NCBI GenBank assembly: GCA_973895155.1
Contig: OZ316899.1
Span: forward strand, 8,559,241 to 8,623,240
DNA: 64,000 nucleotides
From: Marsupella aquatica
Lineage: Eukaryota > Plantae > Marchantiophyta
Reading direction: 5' to 3'
The first letter of the stretch is position 1, and every line of letters starts with the position of its first letter. Positions 37,701-49,900 of the stretch are shown one piece after another. A program made the position numbers and the translations under genes. The notes beneath the pieces are model-generated. The model was not told the origin of the DNA, made no database searches, and saw nothing but the letters and a program-made list of their open reading frames with translations.

Positions 37701-37924
37701 GGCGTCCCTTGCCAATAACTCTGGCTCCTTCTAGGGTATGGATTATGTGATTTCTCTCTAGCTGCCCACCTACCTGGGACTTGATGAGGGCCCTGTGCAT
37801 CCTGCACAGGTGCATTTTTCTGTGAGCCCCCTGCATCTGGGTCTCCATCCATATCCAATCTTTCCTCTTCACCCCACTCTCCAAGCCCCATGTCTGTCTC
37901 CATGTCATCACCCTCTTCCCCCAT
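34790..37924 (-). pseudogene. CACTA-2 TnpA/Tnp1-like multi-exon gene (Transposase_24-like and Transposase_23-like parts)
   Basis: 36592-37476 has ..ERHRLKRMW..PPPSLELDQWTRLI..KSELMSNARGK..GRGSY; 34790-35383 has GILRPDHAKFHGKVVP..LPFP..DAVGSLVLWP; many short GT-AG-flanked exons in between. Confidence 0.7.
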
Positions 37925-38300
37925 AGCTTCTGCACAGCACCCACAACCAAACAGAGAGAATTAGCACACTAAATTCAAAGTATCAATCAATTTCATGCAT
38001 ATCCAACTATCCTAAACATCATTCCAGGCAGCAATTCCCGTTATGTGACTCTGTGCAGGTAGTCATCCTCAACCTCATACTTGCCAATCACCAGCTGTTG
38101 CCTATTGCACATCATCAACCTCATCATATTCCATTTGCCCAGGTTCATCATATGTCTCTCTCAATGTTAAGGGGATGTAGTCAGTCCCTGCTCGAGTTGG
38201 AAGTACAGTCTCGTGACTAGGATGCTCGAATGCAGCATGGTCATCCAAACTGAACTCTACTTTACTTCCATCCATCCGCCTGTTCCATGCTTGGCTATGG

Positions 38301-39756
38301 CATACCACCCTCCAGCCATGTGACTCCTCCACATCTGCAAAGAAAGCCTGTTCAACTTGGCTAGGGAAAACAAAAGGCTCAGACCATTCTGGTACTCTGG
38401 ACCTAAAATTGGCCAACAAGAACCCATCATGATCACGCTTCATGGTGGCCCTTGGTCTCTGCCACTCTGATTTCACCCATGATCCCTTCATCAATATCAC
38501 TGGGACACTTGTGTTACCATAATTCAACACCCAAATGTCGGTCAACTCCCCCACGTAACCCATCTTCATCCACCCCCTCTGTTCTTTAGAGGTTCTCTGC
38601 TCAAACACAGAAATCAAACCACAATCATATGATACACAATGGTCACCCTGCTCATCCCTCACTCGATAATGATTTCCATAAGCTCTCATCCGTTTGTAGG
38701 TCAGAATAGACAATCGTGGTGGCACAGATAGAAGATACAAATCCTTCTCCATATCTGGGTGATGTCTACTATGCTCTCGAATTGTCACCCGAATCCACTG
38801 CTCGAACTGTGGGAAGGGATCTTGCTGCCCAGAGTGTGCAGCTTTTTGCATATCATATTCCCTGCAATATGAGGTACAGGCATAGTTAGGTCTAAACAAC
38901 ACATGACAACCTAAGATCACCCTTGGAACAGACAAGAAGCATCACAACAAAGGCAAGTCAATTCAATCACTCACCTCCACCATGGTTGCATAGGCTTTGT
39001 GTTTGCCCTAAACCCTAAACCCTAAACCCTAAACCCTAAACCCTAAACCCATACCACCCTCCAGCCATGTGACTCCTCCACATCTGCAAAGAAAGCCTGT
39101 TCAACTTGGCTAGGGAAAACAAAAGGCTCAGACCATTCTGGTACTCTGGACCTAAAATTGGCCAACAAGAACCCATCATGATCACGCTTCATGGTGGCCC
39201 TTGGTCTCTGCCACTCTGATTTCACCCATGATCCCTTCATCAATATCACTGGGACACTTGTGTTACCATAATTCAACACCCAAATGTCGGTCAACTCCCC
39301 CACGTAACCCATCTTCATCCACCCCCTCTGTTCTTTAGAGGTTCTCTGCTCAAACACAGAAATCAAACCACAATCATATGATACACAATGGTCACCCTGC
39401 TCATCCCTCACTCGATAATGATTTCCATAAGCTCTCATCCGTTTGTAGGTCAGAATAGACAATCGTGGTGGCACAGATAGAAGATACAAATCCTTCTCCA
39501 TATCTGGGTGATGTCTACTATGCTCTCGAATTGTCACCCGAATCCACTGCTCGAACTGTGGGAAGGGATCTTGCTGCCCAGAGTGTGCAGCTTTTTGCAT
39601 ATCATATTCCCTGCAATATGAGGTACAGGCATAGTTAGGTCTAAACAACACATGACAACCTAAGATCACCCTTGGAACAGACAAGAAGCATCACAACAAA
39701 GGCAAGTCAATTCAATCACTCACCTCCACCATGGTTGCATAGGCTTTGTGTTTGCC
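38301..39756. repeat. 707-bp direct duplication (38301-39007, 39050-39756)
   Basis: The two copies translate identically in the ORF track (38102 and 39043 ORFs). Confidence 0.95.
39006..39050 (-). repeat. Interstitial telomeric repeat (CCCTAAA)6CCC
   Basis: Six perfect Arabidopsis-type units at the duplication junction. Confidence 0.97.
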
Positions 39757-42700
39757 AGCACATATGAATGAGCCTTGTCTCGAATCGCAACAGGCAGCTG
39801 AACAGCACGTCCCACACCTTCAACAACCTCGCCACACACTCCATCATCTTCACCAGATTTCCAAAATCTTGTCATAGCTTCACCAGACCCAGCCATGTAC
39901 TCTGTTAGGAACCCCAACGTCTCATCCTTAATGTACCCCAATGCCATGGAAGCCTCTGGCCTGTAGTATGTTCTCACATGACCTTTCAACAACTTCATGT
40001 ATCGCTCCATAGGGTACATCCATCTGGTATTGACTGGCCCATACTGCCCTAGCTCGTCTACCACATGGATTAGGAGATGAGTCATAACATCAAAGAAAGC
40101 AGGGGGGAAGTATATCTCCAAGTCACAGAGGACATAAGCAGCATCCTGCTTCAAATGCTCCAATCCTTGGGGATCCCACACTTTCACACATATATGGCGA
40201 AATACATTGCACAGTCGAAGAATGACATTACGGACTGGTTTCTACATGAGACCTATGAGGCATAGGGGCAGAATGTGCTGCATCAACACATGGTAGTCAT
40301 GTGTTTTCATACTGCCAAGTTTATTCTTTGTAATATGCTTCTTGAAGGCACCAGCATAGCCAGAGGGCACTTTCAGACAGCTCAATCTATACAAGAATGT
40401 CTTCCATTCTTCCCATGTGCACACATAGGGAGCTTGGAACTTGAGAAGTACATTGGGATTGCTTGCATGGGGCTTCAACCAAAGGTGAGGGCAAATCCCC
40501 TTCTGTTGCATATCAGCTCGAACTGCTCCTGTATCTTTCTCACCCGACAAGAACTTCAGCAAGCTCTCACAAATATTTTTCTCAATGTGCATGACGTCCA
40601 CATTGTGTTTGCTGGGCTCGAATTCCTGCACTCCACAAAGCAAAGAATTCAACAACAGAAACACTAATTAACCACATAGGAGGATTGTAACCAACATCAA
40701 TCCACCATTGCTCCAATCTAAAATTGCAATCATACAGGGGCTGGAGGCTAAGTACATTACCCTCCAGTACTCCAACTCCAAGTCCATCAAGCTCTGTCTT
40801 TTCACACCGTGTTTCACCATTGGATCCTCAGGTTCTCGATCAGTGGCACTTCTCTTGTCCCAATCAGCCTTCCTGGCTGCCCACCTCAGGACTTGCTCTC
40901 TAGTGACCCTCTGTGGTGGGCCACGAAGCTCTGTTTTGTTGTTGAAGTGTGCAATTTGAGACCGTGTGTGCCTGTAAGGATGATCAGCAGGCAGATACCT
41001 TCTATGCCCCTGAAATTTCATACTGTGCAGGGCATGCGACCACTCACTTGTCACATTTTTCCCACATGGTGTGCACCCCACATAGCCCTTTGTCACTCGT
41101 CCAGATATGATGCCATGGCCTGGGTAATCTGCTATATCCAGCAAACAAATTGCATGCAGTCTAAAGGGGCTGGGTCGAAGAAGCCCCTTTAGAATATCAT
41201 GGGTTAACACCCCTTCTATCCACAAAGTCTTCCACTCTTCCACTGAGTCTTCCACTCTTCCACTGCTGGAGCCAACATGATATCTATGAATTGCTCGGTC
41301 ACAGAAGCTGGTCTAGGGATTAACAGGACCATCATGACAAAAAACCTCTTTGTAGTCATCCATGGGGGAAGGTTGTAATTTAGCAGCGTAACCGGCCAAC
41401 ATGAATAACGGTTGTTTTTGTCTCCAAATGGGTTTACTCCATCCAGTGATAGACCAAATCGAAAGTTCCGCTTCTCTGTAGCAAACTGTGGCCACCTCTC
41501 ATCAACAAATTTCCAATGGTTGGAATCTCCAATATGACGCTGCAGGCCATCACTGCTCTTGTTATCAGGAGTCCATGTCATCAGCTTGGAAATGGCAGGG
41601 CATCTAAACAGACGTTGTAGTCTAGGAATGAGAGGAAAATGACAAAGAACCTTGGCAGGGTGTGTACATTTCCCTACATTCTTGTACCTGTGCTTACCAC
41701 AATGAGGGCATGTCAATTTATCTGCATGCTCTTTGCAAAAGAGAACACACCCATCAGGGCATGCGTCAATAGACACATAGTTCAGCCCAAGGTTAGACAT
41801 CAATTTCCTAGCCTCGTACATATTTTTTGGAATTGAATTACCATCTGGTAACACATTTCGGCGCAGGAAGGTCAACAACTCTGTCACAAATATATTGGGA
41901 ACATTGTGATTGCCACAGATGTTCAACAACAACACGACAAAACCCAGCTTGGAGCAGTTTGACCCCTCGTAGATAGGAATGCAAGCTTCTTTGATGTGTT
42001 TTGGGCCCCCAAACACCCACTCCCTCTCTGCTGCACCTTCCCCAATGTCAAAGTCAGGTTCAGCTTGGCCGTCTCCAATGTGTGGCTGCGGTTCATTGTC
42101 CTCTTCTGATTCCACTGTGTCGTTAAAAGCATCAAGGTCTTCAAAAATCTCTTGAACCATTCTTGGGACATCCATCCCACCATCCTCAGTGACTGCCTCT
42201 GCATCTCCATCTTGGTCATCCACGTTCTCATGTTGGACCCCAGGACCATCCTCTGCACAGTCTATGTCCTGCTCTACGTAGTCTCTATGCCTAGCTGTAT
42301 TAGAATCCACAAAGTCAGCTCTCCACTCTTCATCACAGGAGTCTTCTTCTGCTGGTACATTCCAAACCCTCCATCGAGGGTGCCTTTCATGCCGCAGCAG
42401 GTGAAGGTGCACAGTGTTCAAGCTCAACGATTTGAATCCTTGGCACTGTGTGCATGGGCATCTCATCCTCCTACTCCTACCTTGGGCGGCCCGGGCTTGT
42501 TCACGCATCCACAATTTAGAATCATGATGCCTAATCCTAAATGGGTTGTGAAGAGGCAACCTTGGAGCCATCACTATACACACGCACTCAGCACCCTGTC
42601 ATTTTATTATGCAAGTGAAAAATACACTTCCTGTTAAGGATTTCACCCCCGACTGTACTTGCCAAAATACGTAGCATAACGTTCCAAAAAAACAAAAAAA

Positions 42701-42902
42701 CAAAAAATATAGGTGCCTGAGTCATGTACCTATTCTCAAGTGAATGAGACAAAATTCCTAAATGTTTGAGGGTGTCAACTCCTCCGCTGTCCTCACATGT
42801 AGTGCCTCTGCATGTACATCCATGACCATGTCAGAGTCCAATCATGTATAGTCATAGACACAGGTGCCAGGTGCAAGACCGGTGTGAGATGTCCTCATCT
42901 TA

Positions 42903-43472
42903 CTACCACATCAAATACGGATACCAATCCTGTTGTCGATGCCACTCAGCCCTGAGGTACTCAGGCATGTACATTAAGTCATCAAGGTCTAAACCCTGCT
43001 CATGCCATGGTGGTCTTCGATCCGTGCCTACAAGTAGTGGCAGCAGTGCCCTCCATGGTGCACATGTTGCTACCAAGTCCCTCCACTGGGTACTAATTAG
43101 TCTATATTTGCAGATATCTTGTGCGCCAGACACCACAAGAACCCTCGGCCAGACATGTGTAAGAACTATATCATCTGCCAAATCAGGCAACAAGGAACCA
43201 CCTACAGCATCGTGCTTGTCTAACTCATCTGCTGAAAAGTAAATGTCCTCTTCGGACTGTGCATCCTCATTCACCACAGCATTCACAACACATCCAAGGT
43301 CTGCAGGCATTATCTTGGATGGAGCTACACTCTGTCTGGTTACCAATCCACACAAGTAAGCCCAAGCAGTAGCCATGCACGATGCAACCCGTAGGAGGAC
43401 CCTACATAGGGCCTGACGGTCTGGAAGAGGCAGCATACCCACCAAAGTCTTCAGCCAAACAGAGCCCAGCAA
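42903..43472 (-). CDS. F-box-like protein (CACTA-2 cargo)
   Basis: SLLPDLADDIVLTHVWPRV..CKYRLISTQWRDLV matches the F-box consensus; true start uncertain (ATG at 43309 is likely). Confidence 0.6.
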   Translation of the reverse strand: MLGSVWLKTLVGMLPLPDRQALCRVLLRVASCMATAWAYLCGLVTRQSVAPSKIMPADLGCVVNAVVNEDAQSEEDIYFSADELDKHDAVGGSLLPDLADDIVLTHVWPRVLVVSGAQDICKYRLISTQWRDLVATCAPWRALLPLLVGTDRRPPWHEQGLDLDDLMYMPEYLRAEWHRQQDWYPYLMW

Positions 43473-43612
43473 GTAGATTCACGGTCACACCCCACGCAGC
43501 AGGAAACAACAATCACTTCAACTGCGACCAACCATGACAAGATGAGTTAGTTCAAGGATCACATTTATTACAAAATTGTGATTTATACAAAAATATGAGG
43601 GACTCCTACTCC

Positions 43613-44461
43613 TCACTCTCTCCCACCTTTGCTAAGCATACATCTCCGCTGAATCTTGGAGGGCCAGGCCTCAAAAATATCAAAGTCCCAAGCATTCTGT
43701 CGCTTCCCTCTAGCTGCTGATTCCAGAAGCCAATTAGGGGAAAGCACCCAAAGATTGTTGTTCATGACAAAATGACGCACTATTGTCTTAAAGAATTTTC
43801 TGCATATTTTCATGTATGACAGACCTACAACATGAGTGGAGGTTTCTGTTAGACTCTCCTCCACTGTCCCACCTAGCTCAACAACTATGGACTTGTACAG
43901 TCTGCACTTAGTCTCCCCAATTCCTTCTTCTGCAAATACCACACTGAACCCCTTCATAATGGTATTTCTCTCCTTGCCATGCTCATTCAATATAGCATTT
44001 GCACGCATAGGATGGTGTCCTATGTTGACAACAGGTCCATATTGGACAGAAGCAAAGTTGGGTTTCTCTGCCGTTGCTTCATAGGCTTCCTTTTCAGCCA
44101 AAGCCTCTACAGTGGCCTCCTCACTCTCCCACAACTCATATTGCTCAGTACTCTGTACACACCTATGTTTAACAGAATCGGTCAGCCAAGAGACTTCAAC
44201 TACTTTTAGACCTTGGTTGGTAATGGCAGAATCAATGAAGGACCATGACCACTTGTTCATCACATCCAGCCATGTCCCCGCAACAACATGTGTAGTCTGT
44301 GGAGTGATGTCCTTGAGTTCAGTCCCATGGAACTCTGAGAATCATTTTTGTACGATTGGCCAACTCACTTGGGTGAACCCATAGTGGCCAGGGATCAAAA
44401 TGGCTTTGATTCCAGCCAATAGAGGCGGGTGGTCAACCTTTGTACGTTTCCTAGAGGCCAT
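43613..44461 (-). pseudogene. Tandem-BRCT protein (CACTA-2 cargo), one in-frame stop
   Basis: Two repeats with THVV..and V...WL.(D/E)S (TTHVV..VEVSWLTDSV; LGGTVEESLTETSTHVV..LSPNWLLESA). ATG at 44461; TGA at ~44343. Confidence 0.75.
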
Positions 44462-45058
44462 GTACACACGGGCCACCTAATCACTGCAGACCGGAAGATA
44501 ATGCGTTCACCTGATAATCGGAGGGCCCTTAAAATGCTGCGTTTATAACTTGGTCCAGTCCAGTCGTCTGGTGAGTCTCTGCTCCGATTCCAAACGGGAG
44601 AAATATTGGGACAAATGTACTAGACACCTGCAAGCATGCACCTCATAGTTTGAATATGTGCCTTCACAATATTGAAGGTGACAAGTGCAATTGTTTTGTG
44701 ATGCCACATACAGATGTTGTAAATGGGCAGACATTCAATGAGAATACAAAATGTTGGTACACTTTAAGGGAATTATCGCAAATTAAATAGCCTTGTAACT
44801 TATATGCTCATAATGAGAAGTCCTGATTAATTTAAGCAGTGTCATGTAAGTCGTGATCAAAATGATTGCAGAGTTAAAAAAGTTCCTAGAAGGCTTAAGG
44901 GGAGTTTTTGAAGGCATGTACCCAGGAACAAGTAATGAACTTAGGGTACTTGTTGCCTAAGCATCCTCTCCTACATAGGTCCTTCTTCTCAAAATTGGAA
45001 TGTCTGCAATCTCCAAGGTATCCACATCAGGTGCACTATGCATGTACATTATTCAGGT

Positions 45059-45739
45059 TCAAAGCCAAGAAATGTGATCTCTCATGGGAGTGTGCAAAGT
45101 AGGATCTATGGCATGGCGATGACAATAGAAGATCCATCGATCAACACCATGGGCAGAGTGATGATAGATGTGTTTGTCACAAGCATAGCCTTCTGCTTGA
45201 CGCTCCTTCAAACAATGAAAGTGCCACATGGTGGGACACCTAACACAGTGGACTATGTCCACCCAGAAATCTTCATCGTGCTGACCACATGCCTTGCACT
45301 TATGAAGTGGGCAAGCTATGGCAAGATCGGGCAAACATGAAAAACAAAAGAACCTCACACAATATCTGCCAGGGCATTTCCTAACAAGTGGTGGAGCATC
45401 AACAGAGCCCTCATAAGACCCCAACTTCCCACACTGTGCACACTTAGCCTGCTTCTCCAAACAATCAGTGCACATCCAGCCTCCTTGGTGTGCTGACGGG
45501 AGGCCCACCCTTGGACAGTTGTTTTCTGCAGCAAGGTCAGACTCCGGGTTGAGGTGGAAATGCCTCATGCAAGGGCCCTCACATATGGCTAAGCCCCCAC
45601 CATCGTCACAAATAGCACAACAATGAACTGCCTTCTGGAAAATCTGACTTGCGGAGAAGTTACTACCATCTGGCCCAACTACACCTATGTTGCTCACCTC
45701 TGTCACCGGCTTCTTGGCTCGGATTTTAGGGCGTGCCAT
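45059..45739 (-). CDS. EDM2-like triple PHD-finger protein (CACTA-2 cargo), intact 226-aa ORF
   Basis: CAICDDGG..CEGPCMRHFH; CTDC..CAQCGKLGS; CPLHKCKAC..CVRCPTMWHFHCL; IFYCHRHAIDPTLHTPMRDHI, which recalls the EDM2 tail YC.EHEIDE.L.TP.RDH. Confidence 0.8.
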   Translation of the reverse strand: MARPKIRAKKPVTEVSNIGVVGPDGSNFSASQIFQKAVHCCAICDDGGGLAICEGPCMRHFHLNPESDLAAENNCPRVGLPSAHQGGWMCTDCLEKQAKCAQCGKLGSYEGSVDAPPLVRKCPGRYCVRFFCFSCLPDLAIACPLHKCKACGQHDEDFWVDIVHCVRCPTMWHFHCLKERQAEGYACDKHIYHHSAHGVDRWIFYCHRHAIDPTLHTPMRDHISWL

Positions 45740-46405
45740 GCCTACGCATGAGACAGATAGTACAATTTAGCAGAGTGCACAGACAATACAATTTAGCAGT
45801 GTACAAAAAGTACAGTGTAGCATATAGACTAGAGTGGCAATTGCTACTGCAATGAAATGTTCACACACATGTGCAGAGTAGACATACTTTTTGGTTTGTT
45901 GAGCCACACTAAAAACTGATCCCCTCGTACAATAGCTCCACCTACACCTCAATTTTGTGGCTATGATTCACCAAAGGAGATCTGCAACAAGATTTAATGC
46001 ATTTGAATCACATATAACAGTCGTGACATGTAAAACAGGCATTTTTTGAACAGGATTGGTATCAAGCAGTGTGATCAGGGTTGTAATTTATACATCCTAA
46101 ATAGGCTATGATAGTGAATGAGACACATAAGTTAGGCATAAATCACTTTTTCCAGGACATCACATGGCCCATTAATTCCAGTCTTTGAAAGGAGACTTTT
46201 AAGTGAGCTTGCTAGCCTCTTAAATTAGGATATTGTACTTAGTGCAGCCATAATAGGATAAGTTATGTACTGTTGACCGTAAACCCTGGACCCAAAATTG
46301 CTCATAATTCAAAATCTTAAGTAAATATCCTCTCTGTTCAAGTCAAAGTGTTAAGTTATAGGTCAATGGTCTCTGGTCTGTGCATGCGGTGTGACAAGTG
46401 GTCCT

Positions 46406-46978
46406 CTACAGCGTGTGATCCAAACATGTGTAGACACCAAAGTGACCGGTGGTGGGGTCTGGGAGGGCAGGACAAGTGACATCGCCAGGCACACTGCAGG
46501 ATGGCGAGTGGTTCCAGATGATACATTGTGCTCTGTGAAAAAACCGACATCCAAGAGAACGGTCATCCAACTCTAGGCCAGAAGCCCTACAGGCAGGACA
46601 GTCATACTGGCAACTGTGCACACACCCTTGGGCCCTAATTTGTGGCGGGTCATGTATGAGAGACAAAAATACCAAGGATGTTGGGAAGGGTGGAGAAGCA
46701 GGTACAGGGCGGCTGTAGTTGTTCCTGGCAACAACTGGGTACTCAAAGTACCATGCAGACTGGGCTGGAAGGATCCCAAGTCTGACATACTCAAGGTGCA
46801 ACATCTCTGCCTTGCGTGCAAGCCGCACATGTTCAGCATTGTGGGTCCTCACCATAAGTGTTGCTTTTGTGGAGTGTCGTGTGTTCACGTCCTCTGATAA
46901 GCACCTTTGATCAGCAAGGTGAGCAGGAGCTGTACTTGCCTCACCAACAGCAACCAACCTTAAATTGTCAGTTCCCAC
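46406..46978 (-). CDS. Unknown CACTA-2 ORF, conserved in the diverged relative at ~6350-6817
   Basis: Open 190-codon frame; homologous sequence in the remnant; no recognised domain. Confidence 0.35.
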   Translation of the reverse strand: MGTDNLRLVAVGEASTAPAHLADQRCLSEDVNTRHSTKATLMVRTHNAEHVRLARKAEMLHLEYVRLGILPAQSAWYFEYPVVARNNYSRPVPASPPFPTSLVFLSLIHDPPQIRAQGCVHSCQYDCPACRASGLELDDRSLGCRFFHRAQCIIWNHSPSCSVPGDVTCPALPDPTTGHFGVYTCLDHTL

Positions 46979-49900
46979 TCACTGTGTCATTCCATTGGTT
47001 CCAGCTAGGGGTCACAGTGTAAACATAGCATGAAACACTCCTAATCAACTTGCTTACAAACTACAATATCCAGAAAGAGTGAAAGTCTCACCCTCCAGTG
47101 AGCAGCAGAGAGGTAGTTCACTGGATGTGTTGATGTGCAGTTAAACCTCCACTATTGCTTACTTCCGGTGTATGCTGCTCAGAAGAAGACATATTAGTAG
47201 CAGCAAATTGCAAATAATGGCCATAAGCAAACCGTGAGAGTTTGCAGAATGCTACGACAACTATTCATCCATCACAGCAGTGCTCCACAGGAATGAAACC
47301 AAGCAAAATTTGGTGACCTCGGCCAATGACAAGGCCAATGTAGTTCACAATCCTTGACCAATCAGGATATGGATTGGAATTACAATTAGTCAGCTCTTCT
47401 TCTTTGTTTTCTAACTCTGGGGGAAATGAGCATGACCAGGGAATTCTCTGAGAAATAGAAGTGCACAGGGAAAATGAAATTGGCTCATTCAGTTGCGCAA
47501 GATGGACCATTGCAACATACTTGGACAGTTGTTCCGCAATACATAAAATACCCTGACTTACATGTAATTGATACAATCTGCTTCTGTTGGCTGTCCTACA
47601 GCTCATGGCAGTGCCGTTGGGACAGGGTAAGTGAATATTGCCATAGCTGAAGCACATTGAGCTTGCAGCAACAAGTGAAGGAGCATGGCCAAAAGCAGAA
47701 AAGACAGACAGGTTTTACAAGAAGAAACTAACAACCGCCAATCTGCTCAAATCCGCTGCATAGATCAAACCCTTTGAACTACACAACCCTCCTTTGAAAA
47801 CAATCCAATGTGCTTTGGCTGGTGGATGACAAGGACTGGGAGAAGAGGAAACGTCTGCACAATCAATCCAAATGACGGGACACAGAGACCAGGCACAGAG
47901 AGGATTTGTGCTTAGACAAAAACCACAAATTGTAGCATGGGCACCATAGCATTCTAGACAAAGCACAAAACATAGAATCTATGAATCTATGACTCATGGA
48001 CTAACAAAATGATTGGGTAGCATGGCAAAAGGAAAGACAAATTTCAAAATGACAACATGGCCCGTTTTCGCCATTCATTTGACGTTGCTAGGTGTCCGTA
48101 AGATGACTGACCCACAGACAATCCCGACAACCTCATCTGACAGACTGGTTTTCTAGTGTGAAGAAATACATGATTACAAGCAACACCACGCCTCATCCAA
48201 GCAGGGAATTGAAAACATAACCATGTCATTCCTGTATTGGACAGTGTCCTCTGCCATTGCACTGCATAGTTGTTATTCCATGTTGGTTGTCAACAGTTTG
48301 TTGGCTTGCCACAGCCTAGATAGAACAATAAAATACTGTACATGAATACAACAAGAAGAATCTGCATACAGCGATGGCCCGGTCACTTGAGGAAAAAACA
48401 AAACTAAGAAGGCAGGCACACGGGCAACCGAGAAAAAAAGCTAGTGGCGCCTTGCGGAGAACCCAGAATGGTAATGCCCTTGCCCAGAAGCTTGGGAAAC
48501 AAAAGAGAAAAAAGCAAAAATGAGCTACCGACCACCGTCTTGACCAGGCCCGCCACAAGGTATGGCTGGAGGCTGTGGTCCCCCCCTCAGTAAAGAAAAG
48601 GATGCAGGTTGGAGCACGGGGCACAAGGCATGTTTGGATCCAGGAGGAGCAAAACAGTAATGTCAAGCAGGAAGTGTGGAGAGACCAATGAGTAAACAAA
48701 AATAGGGGAGAACAAACATACATCAATAGCAGCAGGAAACGAGAAAGTTGATTTAGGAGGGATTGTAGGGAGAGAGCTTTTGGTGGGCTCGGCTGCGCGT
48801 GAAATATTGGGAGATAGATGCGCGAGAGAGTGAGGAGGGTGGCAAGCGGAAGACGGGTTGGGACTGGACCCTTGGTGCCGGTGGGTAATATATGGGGTTT
48901 CAGCAGACTTGGGGCCAGTTTGAGGAGGATTAAGAAGCGCGCACCCCACGTTCTTGGGTGGTGGTTGGGTGGGGTTTTGTTTGATTGAAGAAGAAATCAC
49001 CATTCTCTTCTAGAAGAAAGAAAATCACAGGAAACAGTGGACGGGAGAACAAGGCATGTAATAGAGACAGTGCGTAGCTCAGCTCCGAGGTCCAACGTTA
49101 TGATGCACAGGGGGTCCTTGGTTGCAAGTAGGAGAAGGACTGAATCACTATGGCTGCTCTTCTCTACTATCGAAGCACCCGGCTGGCAGCTCCGCAAACA
49201 CTGATCGTAGCTACAATCTCTACACCGTTGATTGAGGAGCAGCTGCAGCACAGTAAGGAGCTCCCACAGCCTCCCTCTTCACAGCTCGGTTGACCTAGCT
49301 CTACAATCGACGGAGCATGGACGCTAGACAAAGCACAAACTGTACCATGGAGCTGGAGAAAAAACACAGAGTAATTGAAGCCTAACAATACCCTTCTCAG
49401 CTCCTAATTGAATGAGGAAAAACACATTACAAGACACATTGCAGGCAATAGGATTTTAACAATGAAATCTCGCCTGTGCTGACAGAATACCTGCTTACAG
49501 CCACGCGTTGCTCATCCTCCCACAGTTGGTGGCACACTATCCAGATGGCATGACGCATGCCTTAACTTATGACGATTTGCGCAGCTCAAATCAAGTAGGT
49601 TGTCCCCACAAAAAGACAAAGGACAACAAAGAAAAGCAATGTAGCCGTGATGTCTTACCAGCCCTGACAACGGGAGCTTCAAAGGCGGTGCACTATGGCT
49701 GAAATGGCAGTACGCTGCTCGAACACTAAAGCAACACAAAACTTGGACTCTCACCTTATGCAACTCCTGGCTTGTATTCAGCTGGCGTTGGCCCACTCTA
49801 AGCTCCTGCGCCGCTCCGACTGCCAGTCGTTCTGTAGACGGTCTGTATCCTCCCTGACTGCAGCTCCTCCCCGCCCCCAGCTCGTCACCTGCGTCTTCTC

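Larger units (their letters stand above)
38102..42583 (-). pseudogene. CACTA-2 TnpD/Tnp2 transposase (Tnp-associated CPC..C, Transposase_21, DUF4218, DUF4216), disrupted
   Basis: CPCTQC; IDACPDGC; LSLDGVNPF..YSCWPV..YNLPPW; DVMHIEKN; MKTHDYH; FFDVMTHL..RWMYPMER. A 20-bp tandem duplication (41226-41265) causes a frameshift; TAG at 40242; 3' exon duplicated. Confidence 0.93.

Noticed and set aside
39006-39050. True chromosome end
   Set aside because: Only six units, flanked on both sides by the same transposon.
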